Shown: positions 1 through 8,841 of the stretch, piece after piece
Layout of the letters: each line of letters opens with the position of its first letter
Numbering within the stretch: position 1 is the stretch's first letter
DNA from: Nannocystales bacterium
GTDB taxonomy: Bacteria > Myxococcota_A > Polyangia > Nannocystales > Nannocystaceae
Length of the DNA stretch: 64,000 bases
Assembly (NCBI GenBank): GCA_050633305.1
Contig: JBOEGF010000022.1
Coordinates: 96,001-160,000 of the forward strand
Reading direction: 5' to 3'
Made by a program: the position numbers and the translations under genes
Notes under the pieces: model-generated
Told to the model about the DNA's origin: nothing
Databases searched by the model: none
What the model saw: only the letters and a program-made list of their open reading frames with translations

Positions 1-590
1 TGATGCTCGGGGACGGCGGCGATGAGATGCGGGCGCCGTTCGGCTGCAAGGGGGCGACGAACGTGGTCGTGCGCAACAACACCGTTGTGGGCAACATCCC
101 CGCCAGCGCGTTTGCCTTCCGGCTCAACGTCGAGGGCGAGAGCCCACCCAACGACGGCATCTCGTTCTTCAACAATGTGTGGAGCGCACCGGGGGGAACC
201 ATGATGGACCTGACCGATACCGAGCCGGTCAGTCCGTTGCAGAACTTCGCGCTCGAGGCCAACGTCTACTGGAACGGGGACCAGGCGATCCCGCAAGATG
301 CGAGCGACACGGTCAACGTCGACATCGACGCCAACGCGATCGTCGCGGACCCGCGCATCGAGTCGCTGCCCTTGATCAACCCGGTCTGGGATGCGACCGC
401 CGAACAGTTCGACGGGGGGCGCGTTTCGGTCTGCGAAGCCTTCGAGAACCTGGTCCTGCGTCACGGCGTCCCGGGGCCGGATGGCGCCGCTGCGGGGAGC
501 GCGCTGGCCTCTGAGCTGCCTGCACGCGACATTCTGGGGCGTACTCGCACGACCGCAGATGTCGGTGCGGTCGCGATTTCGCAGCCCTGA
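1..590 (+). CDS. Right-handed beta-helix (pectin lyase-like) protein, C-terminal part, 5' truncated by window
   Basis: Repeats NVVVRNNTVVG / ISFFNNVW; C-terminal RDILGRTR..ADVGA resembles a choice-of-anchor Q-like tail. Confidence 0.6.
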   Translation, partial: MLGDGGDEMRAPFGCKGATNVVVRNNTVVGNIPASAFAFRLNVEGESPPNDGISFFNNVWSAPGGTMMDLTDTEPVSPLQNFALEANVYWNGDQAIPQDASDTVNVDIDANAIVADPRIESLPLINPVWDATAEQFDGGRVSVCEAFENLVLRHGVPGPDGAAAGSALASELPARDILGRTRTTADVGAVAISQP

Positions 591-1024
591 GCGTGCCGGA
601 GGCGTCGCCATTCCCTCAGTAGACGCCGCAGCGGATCCGATGGGCTCACAAATCCCCGCAGCGGGGCCGGGTTCCAACAAACACGGGAGCGGATCGCCCG
701 CGAGCACAACAGTCGGGGCGTGACGACACCGCGCTTGCTTCCGATCCCGTTTCTCCTCCGCCCCAGGCCGATGGGGGCGAACCGGCGCCGCGCGGGCGCG
801 GGGTGGACCTCCGGCAAGGCAGGGGTCGCGGAGGGTGGAGGCAGGGCCGGGGGAATCGTCGCCGAAGACGGATGGTGGCAACCGGCGCAGGAGCACGCCT
901 ACGAGGTGTTGGATGGTGACCGGAAGCAGAGGGGCCTGTTCGCAGTCCCGTCCGAGCCCGAGCGTGGCCGTTGATCATGTCGCGCCTGCTACGAAAATGG
1001 TCCGGTCTTGTCTATCGTGCCCCG

Positions 1025-1651
1025 ATGAACGTGGCGAAGGAACCCGCCGACTTCGAGCTGTTGGAGCAGTGGCGAGATGGGGATCGCGACGCGGGCAACG
1101 TGTTGTTCACCCGCCACTTTCGGCCGTTGTTTCGGTTCTTTCGCACGAAGGTGACCGATGAGGTTGCTGAAGACCTCACCCAGGTCAGCTTCTTGGCCTG
1201 TGTGGATGGCCGCGACAAGTTTCGTGGGGCTTCCAGTTTCCGAACCTACCTGTTTGCGATCGGACGCAATCAGCTGTTCATGCACTTTCGCAAGCGAGGA
1301 CGCGAGGAGTCGGATGCGGTTTTTGGGACGGTCTCGGTCGCCGACCTCGGCGCTGGCCCCAGCACGCTCATCGCCGCCAAGGCGGAGCAGCGCCTGCTAC
1401 TGCGAGCCCTGCGTCGAATCCCGGTCGACTTCCAGATCGCGATCGAGCTGTACTACTGGGAGGGGGTCTCCACGGCCGAAATCGCGGTGGTGCTCGAGGT
1501 CCCCGAAGGGACGGTTCGCAGCCGGCTCACTCGGGCGCGCTCGCACTTGAGTTCTCAGATGCGGGAGTTGGCGGAGTCGGCGGAGTTGGCCGAGAGCACC
1601 ATTGCGGACTTCGAGCAGTGGGCGAAGTCGTTGCGCGATGGCCTCCTGTAG
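1025..1651 (+). CDS. ECF sigma-70 factor
   Basis: Region 2 AEDLTQVSF...FRTYLFAIGRN; region 4 IAVVLEVPEGTVRSRLTRAR; alternative starts at 971/977/1031. Confidence 0.92.
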   Translation: MNVAKEPADFELLEQWRDGDRDAGNVLFTRHFRPLFRFFRTKVTDEVAEDLTQVSFLACVDGRDKFRGASSFRTYLFAIGRNQLFMHFRKRGREESDAVFGTVSVADLGAGPSTLIAAKAEQRLLLRALRRIPVDFQIAIELYYWEGVSTAEIAVVLEVPEGTVRSRLTRARSHLSSQMRELAESAELAESTIADFEQWAKSLRDGLL

Positions 1652-1691
1652 AGCGCCGCTCATTCCGACGCGACCGGGCCCCGACTTTGGC

Positions 1692-4244
1692 TCACCCCGC
1701 TTCCTGCGTCGCTGCAGCGAGGTCGACGTCGGTCTTGCCGGCTTCGAGGGGGACCCCGAGTCGGATGAACAACGACTTCGCCTCGCGGAGCTTCTCCAGC
1801 GCCAACTCCGACTGGTCGTCGACCTGCAATGCGTGTCCCCATGAGCGGAGCGTGTACGCGGTGGTCAGGTGCTCCTTCCCAAAGACGGACATCGAAAGCT
1901 CGACCGCAGCGGCGCTGACCTGGATCCCGTCTTGGGTTTGGCCCAGGGTCAGGAGGGCGTCGGACTCGGCGAGCATGCACTCGATTTCGCGCCACGAGTT
2001 CTTCCCGTGGACCGCCCGGACGATCCGTTTTGCCTCTCTTACGCTGTGCAGGGAACCTTCCGCGTCATCGAGCGCGCGTTGGGCAATGGCGAGGTTGGTC
2101 AGCGTGCTCACCAGGACCGGGTGTTCGGGTCCCAACACCGCGCGTTGTGCCTCGAGGACGTCGAGCAACTCGGCAAGAGCTTCGTCGGCCCGCCCGTTCT
2201 TTGCCCGCATTCCCGCCCGGTTCTGGCGGGCGAGCAAGACCCGCGGGTGCGTCGATCCGAACGAGGCGTACCCTATCTCCAACGCCTGCGCGTAGGCCCG
2301 TTCCGCCTCGTCGATGCGGCCACGCTGGTTGTCGATGTTGGCCAGGTTGGTCAGGACACGCATTCGCAGGGGTGAGCCGTCCTCGAGGTCCGCGAGGCTC
2401 CGCTCGTGAACGGCGGTGGCCTCATCCCAGCGTCCTGCGCTGGCAAGCACGGCACCCTCGTTGTTGAGCAGGGCCGAGCGCAGGGCGGGGGCGGCTCGAC
2501 CCTCGATCGCCGCGTGCCCCATTGCGGCCCAAGTCAGCGCGTGGTCGAAGGCGGCATCGATCTCTCCGAGCTCCCACGTCAGCCCGGCCGCGGCGCGTGC
2601 GAACGATTCGGGAAGCTGGGCGCGCTGGGACTCGATCGCGGCAGTGCGGAAGCCGGCGAGGGCCTCGTCATGGTCACCGAGCCAGCTTGCCGCGTCGGCA
2701 GCGACCAGGGTCGCTGCGACACAGGTCGGCGGATGGTCCAGGCTGGACGACGCGCATGCCTCCCGGACGGGAACGATCGCCTCGGCAGCGCGGTCGTGGT
2801 GCCCGGCCTCGAGCTCGGCTCGCCCGCGGGCGAGCACTTCGTTGGCGTTCTCGACATTCTGGCGAGCATCTGCGGGCACCGGGTGTGCGGTTCGCAAGGT
2901 CTCGATGTCGGCGCAGGCTTGGGGGGACGGCAGTGCGCCCACGGCCCGGACGGCCTTGTCGACCGCGGATGGGTCGGCCTCTAAGAATACATCCAGCTGA
3001 GCGTCAAATCGGGCGAGCTGCGCGTCGAGGCACCGTGTTCGTAGATCCAATCCTTGCGCGGACTGCAGGCCTCGCTCGTGGTCGAGACAAGCGTCGTACC
3101 TGGACTCAGCCCACTCGGTTGCCCAGCGGTCGAGGATCGCCTGGGCGGTGCGTCCACTGCTTGCTGCATGCGGAAGCGCTGTGGCTTCGAACGCCGTGGA
3201 CATCGCGGAGCGGGTTGTCTCGCTCCACCGCCCCGGCAGCCTCTTGCTGCCCTCACACGGTCGGTCTGACTGCCCGAACGCCACCCCTGCCGAGACGCCG
3301 AGGGTGACGACTACGACTCCGCCGAGCGTCCGTGTGTGTCGGGTGAGGGACCGGGCCAGCGCTGTGTCGAGCTCGCGCATCGAGGCGAATCGGTCCGCGG
3401 CGAGTGGAGCGAGCCCACGCTGCAGGACCCGCGAGATGCGAGTCGGTACAGCAGCGGCGGCCGGGGGCAGCGGAACCAGGTCCTTGGCCTGGCGCAGGGC
3501 GTCGAGGTCGTCCTGCGGGAACGGCGGTTGTCCGTAGACCGCCTCCCACAGCGCGACGCAGAAACAGTACTGATCGGTGCGGGCGTCGACACCATCCGCG
3601 CGGTGTTGCTCGGGCGCCATGTAGCGGGGGGTTCCCGCGGACCGCGTTTGTTCGGCACGCTCGCCGGCGTTGGCTTGGGCCGCGCCTGCCCGCGCGAGGC
3701 CGAAGTCGAGCACACGGACCCGACCGTCGGTTCCCAAGAGTGCGTTGGCGGGTTTGAAGTCTCGGTGGACGATGCCCGCGTCGTGTGCCGCGGCCAACCC
3801 GGCTGCCGCTTGGCGGTAGATGGCGACCACGGCTCGCCACCCCAGTTCCGTTGTGTCCATCGTGGACAGGGGCTTGCCGTCGACGAACTCCATCGCCAAG
3901 AACAACTCGTCGCCGGACTCGCCGACGTCGTGGACGGTGACCACGTTGGGGTGGGCGAGTTTGGCCAGGGCTCGGGCTTCACTGTGAAGCCCCTCCGTCG
4001 CGCCGCCGTGCAGCACCTTGATCGCGACCTTTCGGTCCAACCGGGGGTCCCAGGCCGAGTAGACGGCGCCGTAGCTGCCCTCGCCCAGCTTTTCGATCAG
4101 GGCGTACCGCTCGAGGGTGGGCGGCTTGGAGCTGCCAAACAACGCGCCCTGAATCCGCGCCATGGCCACGTCTTCTCCGACCTTGTCGATCGGAGGGGCG
4201 GGCAGGACGTCGGGGTCCGAGACCAGTCGGCGCGCGTCGACCAC
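1692..4244 (-). CDS. Ser/Thr protein kinase with TM segment and TPR repeats
   Basis: GEGSYG, VAIKV, HRDFKPAN, DFG, APE; TM GGVVVVTLGVSAGVAF; TPR-like repeats (HPVLVSTLTNLA). GTG start at 4244 just after the upstream stop. Confidence 0.92.
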   Translation of the reverse strand: MVDARRLVSDPDVLPAPPIDKVGEDVAMARIQGALFGSSKPPTLERYALIEKLGEGSYGAVYSAWDPRLDRKVAIKVLHGGATEGLHSEARALAKLAHPNVVTVHDVGESGDELFLAMEFVDGKPLSTMDTTELGWRAVVAIYRQAAAGLAAAHDAGIVHRDFKPANALLGTDGRVRVLDFGLARAGAAQANAGERAEQTRSAGTPRYMAPEQHRADGVDARTDQYCFCVALWEAVYGQPPFPQDDLDALRQAKDLVPLPPAAAAVPTRISRVLQRGLAPLAADRFASMRELDTALARSLTRHTRTLGGVVVVTLGVSAGVAFGQSDRPCEGSKRLPGRWSETTRSAMSTAFEATALPHAASSGRTAQAILDRWATEWAESRYDACLDHERGLQSAQGLDLRTRCLDAQLARFDAQLDVFLEADPSAVDKAVRAVGALPSPQACADIETLRTAHPVPADARQNVENANEVLARGRAELEAGHHDRAAEAIVPVREACASSSLDHPPTCVAATLVAADAASWLGDHDEALAGFRTAAIESQRAQLPESFARAAAGLTWELGEIDAAFDHALTWAAMGHAAIEGRAAPALRSALLNNEGAVLASAGRWDEATAVHERSLADLEDGSPLRMRVLTNLANIDNQRGRIDEAERAYAQALEIGYASFGSTHPRVLLARQNRAGMRAKNGRADEALAELLDVLEAQRAVLGPEHPVLVSTLTNLAIAQRALDDAEGSLHSVREAKRIVRAVHGKNSWREIECMLAESDALLTLGQTQDGIQVSAAAVELSMSVFGKEHLTTAYTLRSWGHALQVDDQSELALEKLREAKSLFIRLGVPLEAGKTDVDLAAATQEAG

Positions 4245-4248
4245 GGCC

Positions 4249-6414
4249 TCAAAACTGCGCCTGAAGTCCGCCGAGCACCAGCAGAGACTGCGCCTGGTCC
4301 CCGGGCTTGGGTCGGTTGCCCTCGTCCTCGGCGGGAGGCTCGAACTCCTGCTCGCCAAAGACGCCGCGAAACTGAACGACCAGCCGAAGCCAGCGACGCA
4401 GCCGGAATCTCAGGTCCAGGTTGGGCGAGACGATGAAGTTCAAGGTGTCGCCCGTGATGTCGTCGGCGCCCCGGTAGGGCAGCGAGAAGCCCATGCCCAG
4501 TCCTCCGCCAAGCGCGATGCGTTCTTGCAGGGACACGACCACCCCCGGCTCGACCAGAACCCGCGCCCACCCGATGCGGGCTTCGCCGCTCTGCTCGGAG
4601 GTCGTGTTGTCGCCTTCGAGGTTGCGCATCGGGGGGTCGAGTTCGTCGTCGGTGTCGTCGACGACCGGCACGCCCCAACGGCCCAAGGTGCCCCCGGCCC
4701 GCAGCTCGAATCCGACCCGGTTCCAGCCCGGACGCCGCGGCCGGAAACGGACGGCAAACATGCCCAGACCCGAAAAGTAGATCGGCGGGGTCTCGAGGTT
4801 GCCCGACCACGCGGGGCCGCCTCCGAACAACAATGAGAGGTTGAAGCTGACCCGCCGCGCGCCTCGCTCGGGGCGCCCCAGGACGAGCTCGCCGTCCTCG
4901 ACCGAGGCCACCAGCTCGTCGTAGGCCCGGTCGCCGCGAGGTTTGAAGCGCACGCTCTCGCAGGTTCCGCCGCGGCCTTGAAGCCCGGCGCCGGGGACCC
5001 TGAGCAGCAGGCGGTCGAGGTGCGTGACGCCGTACTCGCGCTCGGCTCCGTCCTCGCCGAACAACACGATGCCGCGGATCTGGTTGTCGGGCGTGGAGGT
5101 CTCCCACTGGTTGATGTTGGCCGCGAGGTAGACCTCGTCGGCGGCGACAAAGCTGGTGAGCTCTTGGCCGCTCTGCGCGAGCGTGTCGGTCCAGCGCTGG
5201 TTGGGGTCGTCCTTCTCGAAGGTGATCTGCAGCGGGAGGTCGAGGTCGAGGGCCTGCTCGGTGATGAACTCACCCGGGCACGAGTAGGCGCAGCCCGAGT
5301 CGGTGACCGTGGCCGCACAGGTCGTGCCGGTCTCCAAGGTGGCGTCCGGGCACGCGTCGCGGGCGTAGATGCACGGTGGGCGCCGCCAGGTGAACGTGAC
5401 CTGGTTGAAGTCGAGCGACATCGGGCTCTTGGGCCACTCACCCTCGAAGCTCCCGCCGAAGCGGGCCGCGCCCGAGCCTCCCTCGGGCGCGTCGAGCTCG
5501 ACGTCCACGCCGCCCACCCGAAGCGGTGCGGGCGGCATACGAATCTGGATGACTTCGGAGCCGACGAGGTTGCCCACGCAGCGTCCCGGCACGTAGTCGA
5601 TGCCGTTGATGCGCACGCCGAGGCGGTCGCGGTCCGCCGCATTGACCCGGGTCCGGGGCAGGCGGACCTCGACCATTCGACAGCGGGGGGTGAGGGCCAG
5701 CTGCACCGTGGTGGCCCGGCTGCTGCCATCCGTGTCGGCGCCCGGGTCTTCGGATCGGCCGCGTTCACTGCGTCGGTGCGAACGGTAGTAGCCACCGAGA
5801 CTCCGTGCCGTGACGATGACGCGGTCGAAGGGCGGGCTCATCACGCCGATCGTGGCGATGCCGCCGGCGAGCCGAACGCTTTCGATCTTCGGCGGCGATC
5901 CTTCGAGAAACTCGAGAAGTACGAACAGCGGCCGAGCTTCTTCGGACTCGCTGCCTTGGGTGAGGCTGTCGGCGGTGCAGGCGACGTGCAGCTCGTCTTG
6001 CCCGGACAAGCCACTGGGAAGCTCGATGCGGGGACGGCAGTCGGCCGAGGCGTCGTCGGAACATCGGAGTGCATCGACGGACTTGTCGTCGGCCTCTGGG
6101 TTCCAGACCGACGGCTTGACCCGCCAGCTGGTGCCGCGGACTCCGGTGACGGAGGACTCGGCCTGGGGCTCGAGAAGCTCGCGCAGCGTCTTGCGGGTGC
6201 GGGCACCCTTGCCCTCACTCACCACGCACAGATGCGTGGGCACGTCGGCGTCTTCGGGACGGAGGTCGAGGGTGACGACGCCGTATCCGTCACTCGCGTG
6301 GGCCAACGAGGGGGCGCCCAGGAGGACCAAAACGCCCAGAGTGAAGAACCACCCCGAGAATCCTCGGGGCAAACCTCGGGCGAGTCCCAGAAAGCGGTGG
6401 GTCAAGGTTTGCAT
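4249..6414 (-). CDS. Hypothetical exported Cys-containing protein with probable C-terminal outer-membrane beta-barrel
   Basis: ATG 6414 (MQTLTHRF), signal peptide ending LAHA; alternating beta-strand-like segments in last ~170 aa; ends LQAQF. The extra N-terminal 377 aa in the ORF track shadow the kinase. Confidence 0.7.
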   Translation of the reverse strand: MQTLTHRFLGLARGLPRGFSGWFFTLGVLVLLGAPSLAHASDGYGVVTLDLRPEDADVPTHLCVVSEGKGARTRKTLRELLEPQAESSVTGVRGTSWRVKPSVWNPEADDKSVDALRCSDDASADCRPRIELPSGLSGQDELHVACTADSLTQGSESEEARPLFVLLEFLEGSPPKIESVRLAGGIATIGVMSPPFDRVIVTARSLGGYYRSHRRSERGRSEDPGADTDGSSRATTVQLALTPRCRMVEVRLPRTRVNAADRDRLGVRINGIDYVPGRCVGNLVGSEVIQIRMPPAPLRVGGVDVELDAPEGGSGAARFGGSFEGEWPKSPMSLDFNQVTFTWRRPPCIYARDACPDATLETGTTCAATVTDSGCAYSCPGEFITEQALDLDLPLQITFEKDDPNQRWTDTLAQSGQELTSFVAADEVYLAANINQWETSTPDNQIRGIVLFGEDGAEREYGVTHLDRLLLRVPGAGLQGRGGTCESVRFKPRGDRAYDELVASVEDGELVLGRPERGARRVSFNLSLLFGGGPAWSGNLETPPIYFSGLGMFAVRFRPRRPGWNRVGFELRAGGTLGRWGVPVVDDTDDELDPPMRNLEGDNTTSEQSGEARIGWARVLVEPGVVVSLQERIALGGGLGMGFSLPYRGADDITGDTLNFIVSPNLDLRFRLRRWLRLVVQFRGVFGEQEFEPPAEDEGNRPKPGDQAQSLLVLGGLQAQF

Positions 6415-8051
6415 TCGTCGCTCGGCGTCACCGTGCACAGGTGATTGGTCCGGCAGGTGGTGCCCGGCGGCGGGCTCAAGGTCGTGGCCACAGAGTTCCC
6501 CGGCTTTCGACAGGTGTAACACGACCCCTTGTGCTCGAAGGTGCTGGCCCGCTTGCGACTGGCCCGGATGAACGAGCGCTTGTCCTCTTTGTAGAAGCAC
6601 GCCTGGCCGCGTTTCCTGGGCGCTTTGGAGGCCAAGGGCCCCGACTTCGTGGGCGCCGGAGGCGTGACCTCGACCTCGGAGGGCTCGACCCGTGTGGGCT
6701 CGGGCACAGCGTCTAGAGGCGCCTGGGGCTGCGCCGTCGCGGGCTCTGGGTCGGCGGGCACGAGCGTTGTGGGCTCGGGGTCGGCGGGTGCCGGAGGCGC
6801 CGTGGCGAGGGCCTGCATGGGTTCGGTGGACGGGGCGGACTCGGGGGGCGAGGGGTCGCCCCCGACGGCGATGCCGCTGCCCACCGCCGCCATGACGCCG
6901 ACGCTGATCCCCAGGGCCAAGAGCCACACTGTCCGGCGTTTTCGGGGCCGGGGATCGCTGAGCGCGGCCAGACCCGAGCGCAGAGCGTCGAGCAGCGCCC
7001 GCATGTTGGGATGGCGGTCGGCAGGGTCCCGGTGCAGGCCTCGCCGCAGCAGGTCGAACACCCACTTGGGGACCTCGGGGTGCTCGGGGACCCGCACCGC
7101 TTCTTCGTTGACCGCTTGGCGGTAGCGCGCGACCGTCGTGCCGTGGAACGGGGGGTGGCCGTACAGCCCCTCGTACAGCGCGACGCAGAAACCGAATTGA
7201 TCGGAGCGAGCCGTGGCGCTCAAGCCGGTCTCTTGCTCTGGCGCCATGTATTTGGGGGTGCCGAGCAGGGCGCCGGTGCGGGTGAGCGATGAGGAGACGG
7301 CGCCGTGGTCGACGGTGGCGCTGCCACTGTCGCCGGGGAGGAGCTCGTGACGGCCGGTCTCGCTGCCGGGGCCTCCGGCGAGACCAAAGTCGCCCACCCG
7401 AACCCGTCCGTCGGACCCAAGCATGACGTTCTCGGGCTTGAAGTCGCGGTGCACGATGCCGGCCTCGTGTGCGGCGGCCAGGCCCTCGCCCGCGTCGAGG
7501 TAGCAGCGCAGCGTGTCGCGCCACCCTGGGGTCTCGCGGTCGATCCACTTGGACAACGGGTCGCCATCGACCAGCTCCATCGCGATGAAGACACCGTCGT
7601 CGACCGCACCGACGTCGTACACATGAATGACGTTGGGGTGGGCGAGCTTGGCCATCGCTCGGGCCTCGCGGACCAAGCGCCCCCGGGCGCGACCTGCCTC
7701 CTCGTCAGAGACGGCCGCGGTGTTCATCAACTTGAGCGCAACGTCGCGGGCGAGCTCGGGGTCGTGGGCTCGGTAGACGACCCCCATGCCGCCCGCACCG
7801 AGCTTTCCTTCAACCCGATAGCGACCCACCTTGACCCGTTTTGCAGGGCCAGAGAACAATCGGTTCTCGATCGCGGCTCGTGCACGCCGGGCTTCGACGT
7901 CGTCGGCCTCGGGCGTGGCCGAACGAAGCGGGTCGTCCGCTTTCGGCGAGAACTGGGCACGAGCTGCCACCTGGCGGGAATCTACACCGCCCGGGGGCTT
8001 GGCGCCGCTATGCTTCTGCGGAAGAAGCGCCGGACACCGAGGCTTCCGCAT
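6402..8051 (-). CDS. Membrane Ser/Thr protein kinase with Pro-rich stalk and 6-Cys C-terminal domain
   Basis: GAGGMG, VALK, HRDFKPEN, DFG, APE; TM VWLLALGISVGVMAAV; true start may be somewhat downstream. Confidence 0.92.
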   Translation of the reverse strand: MRKPRCPALLPQKHSGAKPPGGVDSRQVAARAQFSPKADDPLRSATPEADDVEARRARAAIENRLFSGPAKRVKVGRYRVEGKLGAGGMGVVYRAHDPELARDVALKLMNTAAVSDEEAGRARGRLVREARAMAKLAHPNVIHVYDVGAVDDGVFIAMELVDGDPLSKWIDRETPGWRDTLRCYLDAGEGLAAAHEAGIVHRDFKPENVMLGSDGRVRVGDFGLAGGPGSETGRHELLPGDSGSATVDHGAVSSSLTRTGALLGTPKYMAPEQETGLSATARSDQFGFCVALYEGLYGHPPFHGTTVARYRQAVNEEAVRVPEHPEVPKWVFDLLRRGLHRDPADRHPNMRALLDALRSGLAALSDPRPRKRRTVWLLALGISVGVMAAVGSGIAVGGDPSPPESAPSTEPMQALATAPPAPADPEPTTLVPADPEPATAQPQAPLDAVPEPTRVEPSEVEVTPPAPTKSGPLASKAPRKRGQACFYKEDKRSFIRASRKRASTFEHKGSCYTCRKPGNSVATTLSPPPGTTCRTNHLCTVTPSDECKP

Positions 8052-8841
8052 CGGACGGGGACTCCGCGGAGGGTTCGAGCTCGACCGGGAGCCAGTGTGT
8101 GACCCACGACATCCGCAGGAAAGAGAGCGCCAGTCCAGCCGCGACCAGCACCCGGAGTAGGCTGCTCACGTTGGAAGGCCCCAGTGCTTGCACCGCCAAG
8201 GGCGTCAGACTCAGCGCGAGGGCCAGTTTCAGGCCCCAAAGCCCGCCCGTGACCGCCACATACTGGGGGCGTTTGGCGGCTTCCACGAACCCTCGAAGGG
8301 TCGCCATCGGGTGATACGGCTTCTCGACCGAGTGCAGGCAGATCTGCGCCCGGACCAGGTCGCGCGCAAGGATGGCGAGCGAGACGCCGACGAGTAGGAC
8401 GATCCCGCGGATCGGGGTGGGCAGGGGGCCGAGGACGACCGAGAGGACCATCAGGCCGCCGAAGGTCACCACCGCGTGGACCAAGCCCTGGGCCAGCAGA
8501 GGCCCCGCAGCGGCGACGGCACCGCCAGCGGCTTCGCTCAGACGATCTCCCCGGGCAGCCAGGAATACGATCCCGCCCAGCGTCGTCCAGCCCAACCAGC
8601 TGAGCACGGCGGTGACCAGCGTCGCCGCGCCGATGCCCACCCCGAGTTCGGGATTGTGCAGCAGCACCTCGGTGAGCCGGGCGAGCGCATGCTCGACATC
8701 CGCCTCGCCGCCGAACGGGCCGAGGATGAACTGGGTCATCCACGCCACCAGGGAGCCACCGAGGATCGCCCACCCGAGCGTGAGTCCAAGCGTGAGCAGG
8801 TACACCCAACGGGTGTTCCACGCCGTGCGCAACACGCTCAT
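8008..8841 (-). CDS. Hypothetical multi-pass membrane protein
   Basis: About 6 hydrophobic segments; ATG overlaps the peptidase stop codon. Confidence 0.7.
   Translation of the reverse strand: MSVLRTAWNTRWVYLLTLGLTLGWAILGGSLVAWMTQFILGPFGGEADVEHALARLTEVLLHNPELGVGIGAATLVTAVLSWLGWTTLGGIVFLAARGDRLSEAAGGAVAAAGPLLAQGLVHAVVTFGGLMVLSVVLGPLPTPIRGIVLLVGVSLAILARDLVRAQICLHSVEKPYHPMATLRGFVEAAKRPQYVAVTGGLWGLKLALALSLTPLAVQALGPSNVSSLLRVLVAAGLALSFLRMSWVTHWLPVELEPSAESPSDAEASVSGASSAEA

Noticed and set aside
6415..7548. N-terminal extension of the 1099-aa ORF
   Set aside because: Arg-rich out-of-frame shadow of the kinase; the real start is likely 6414
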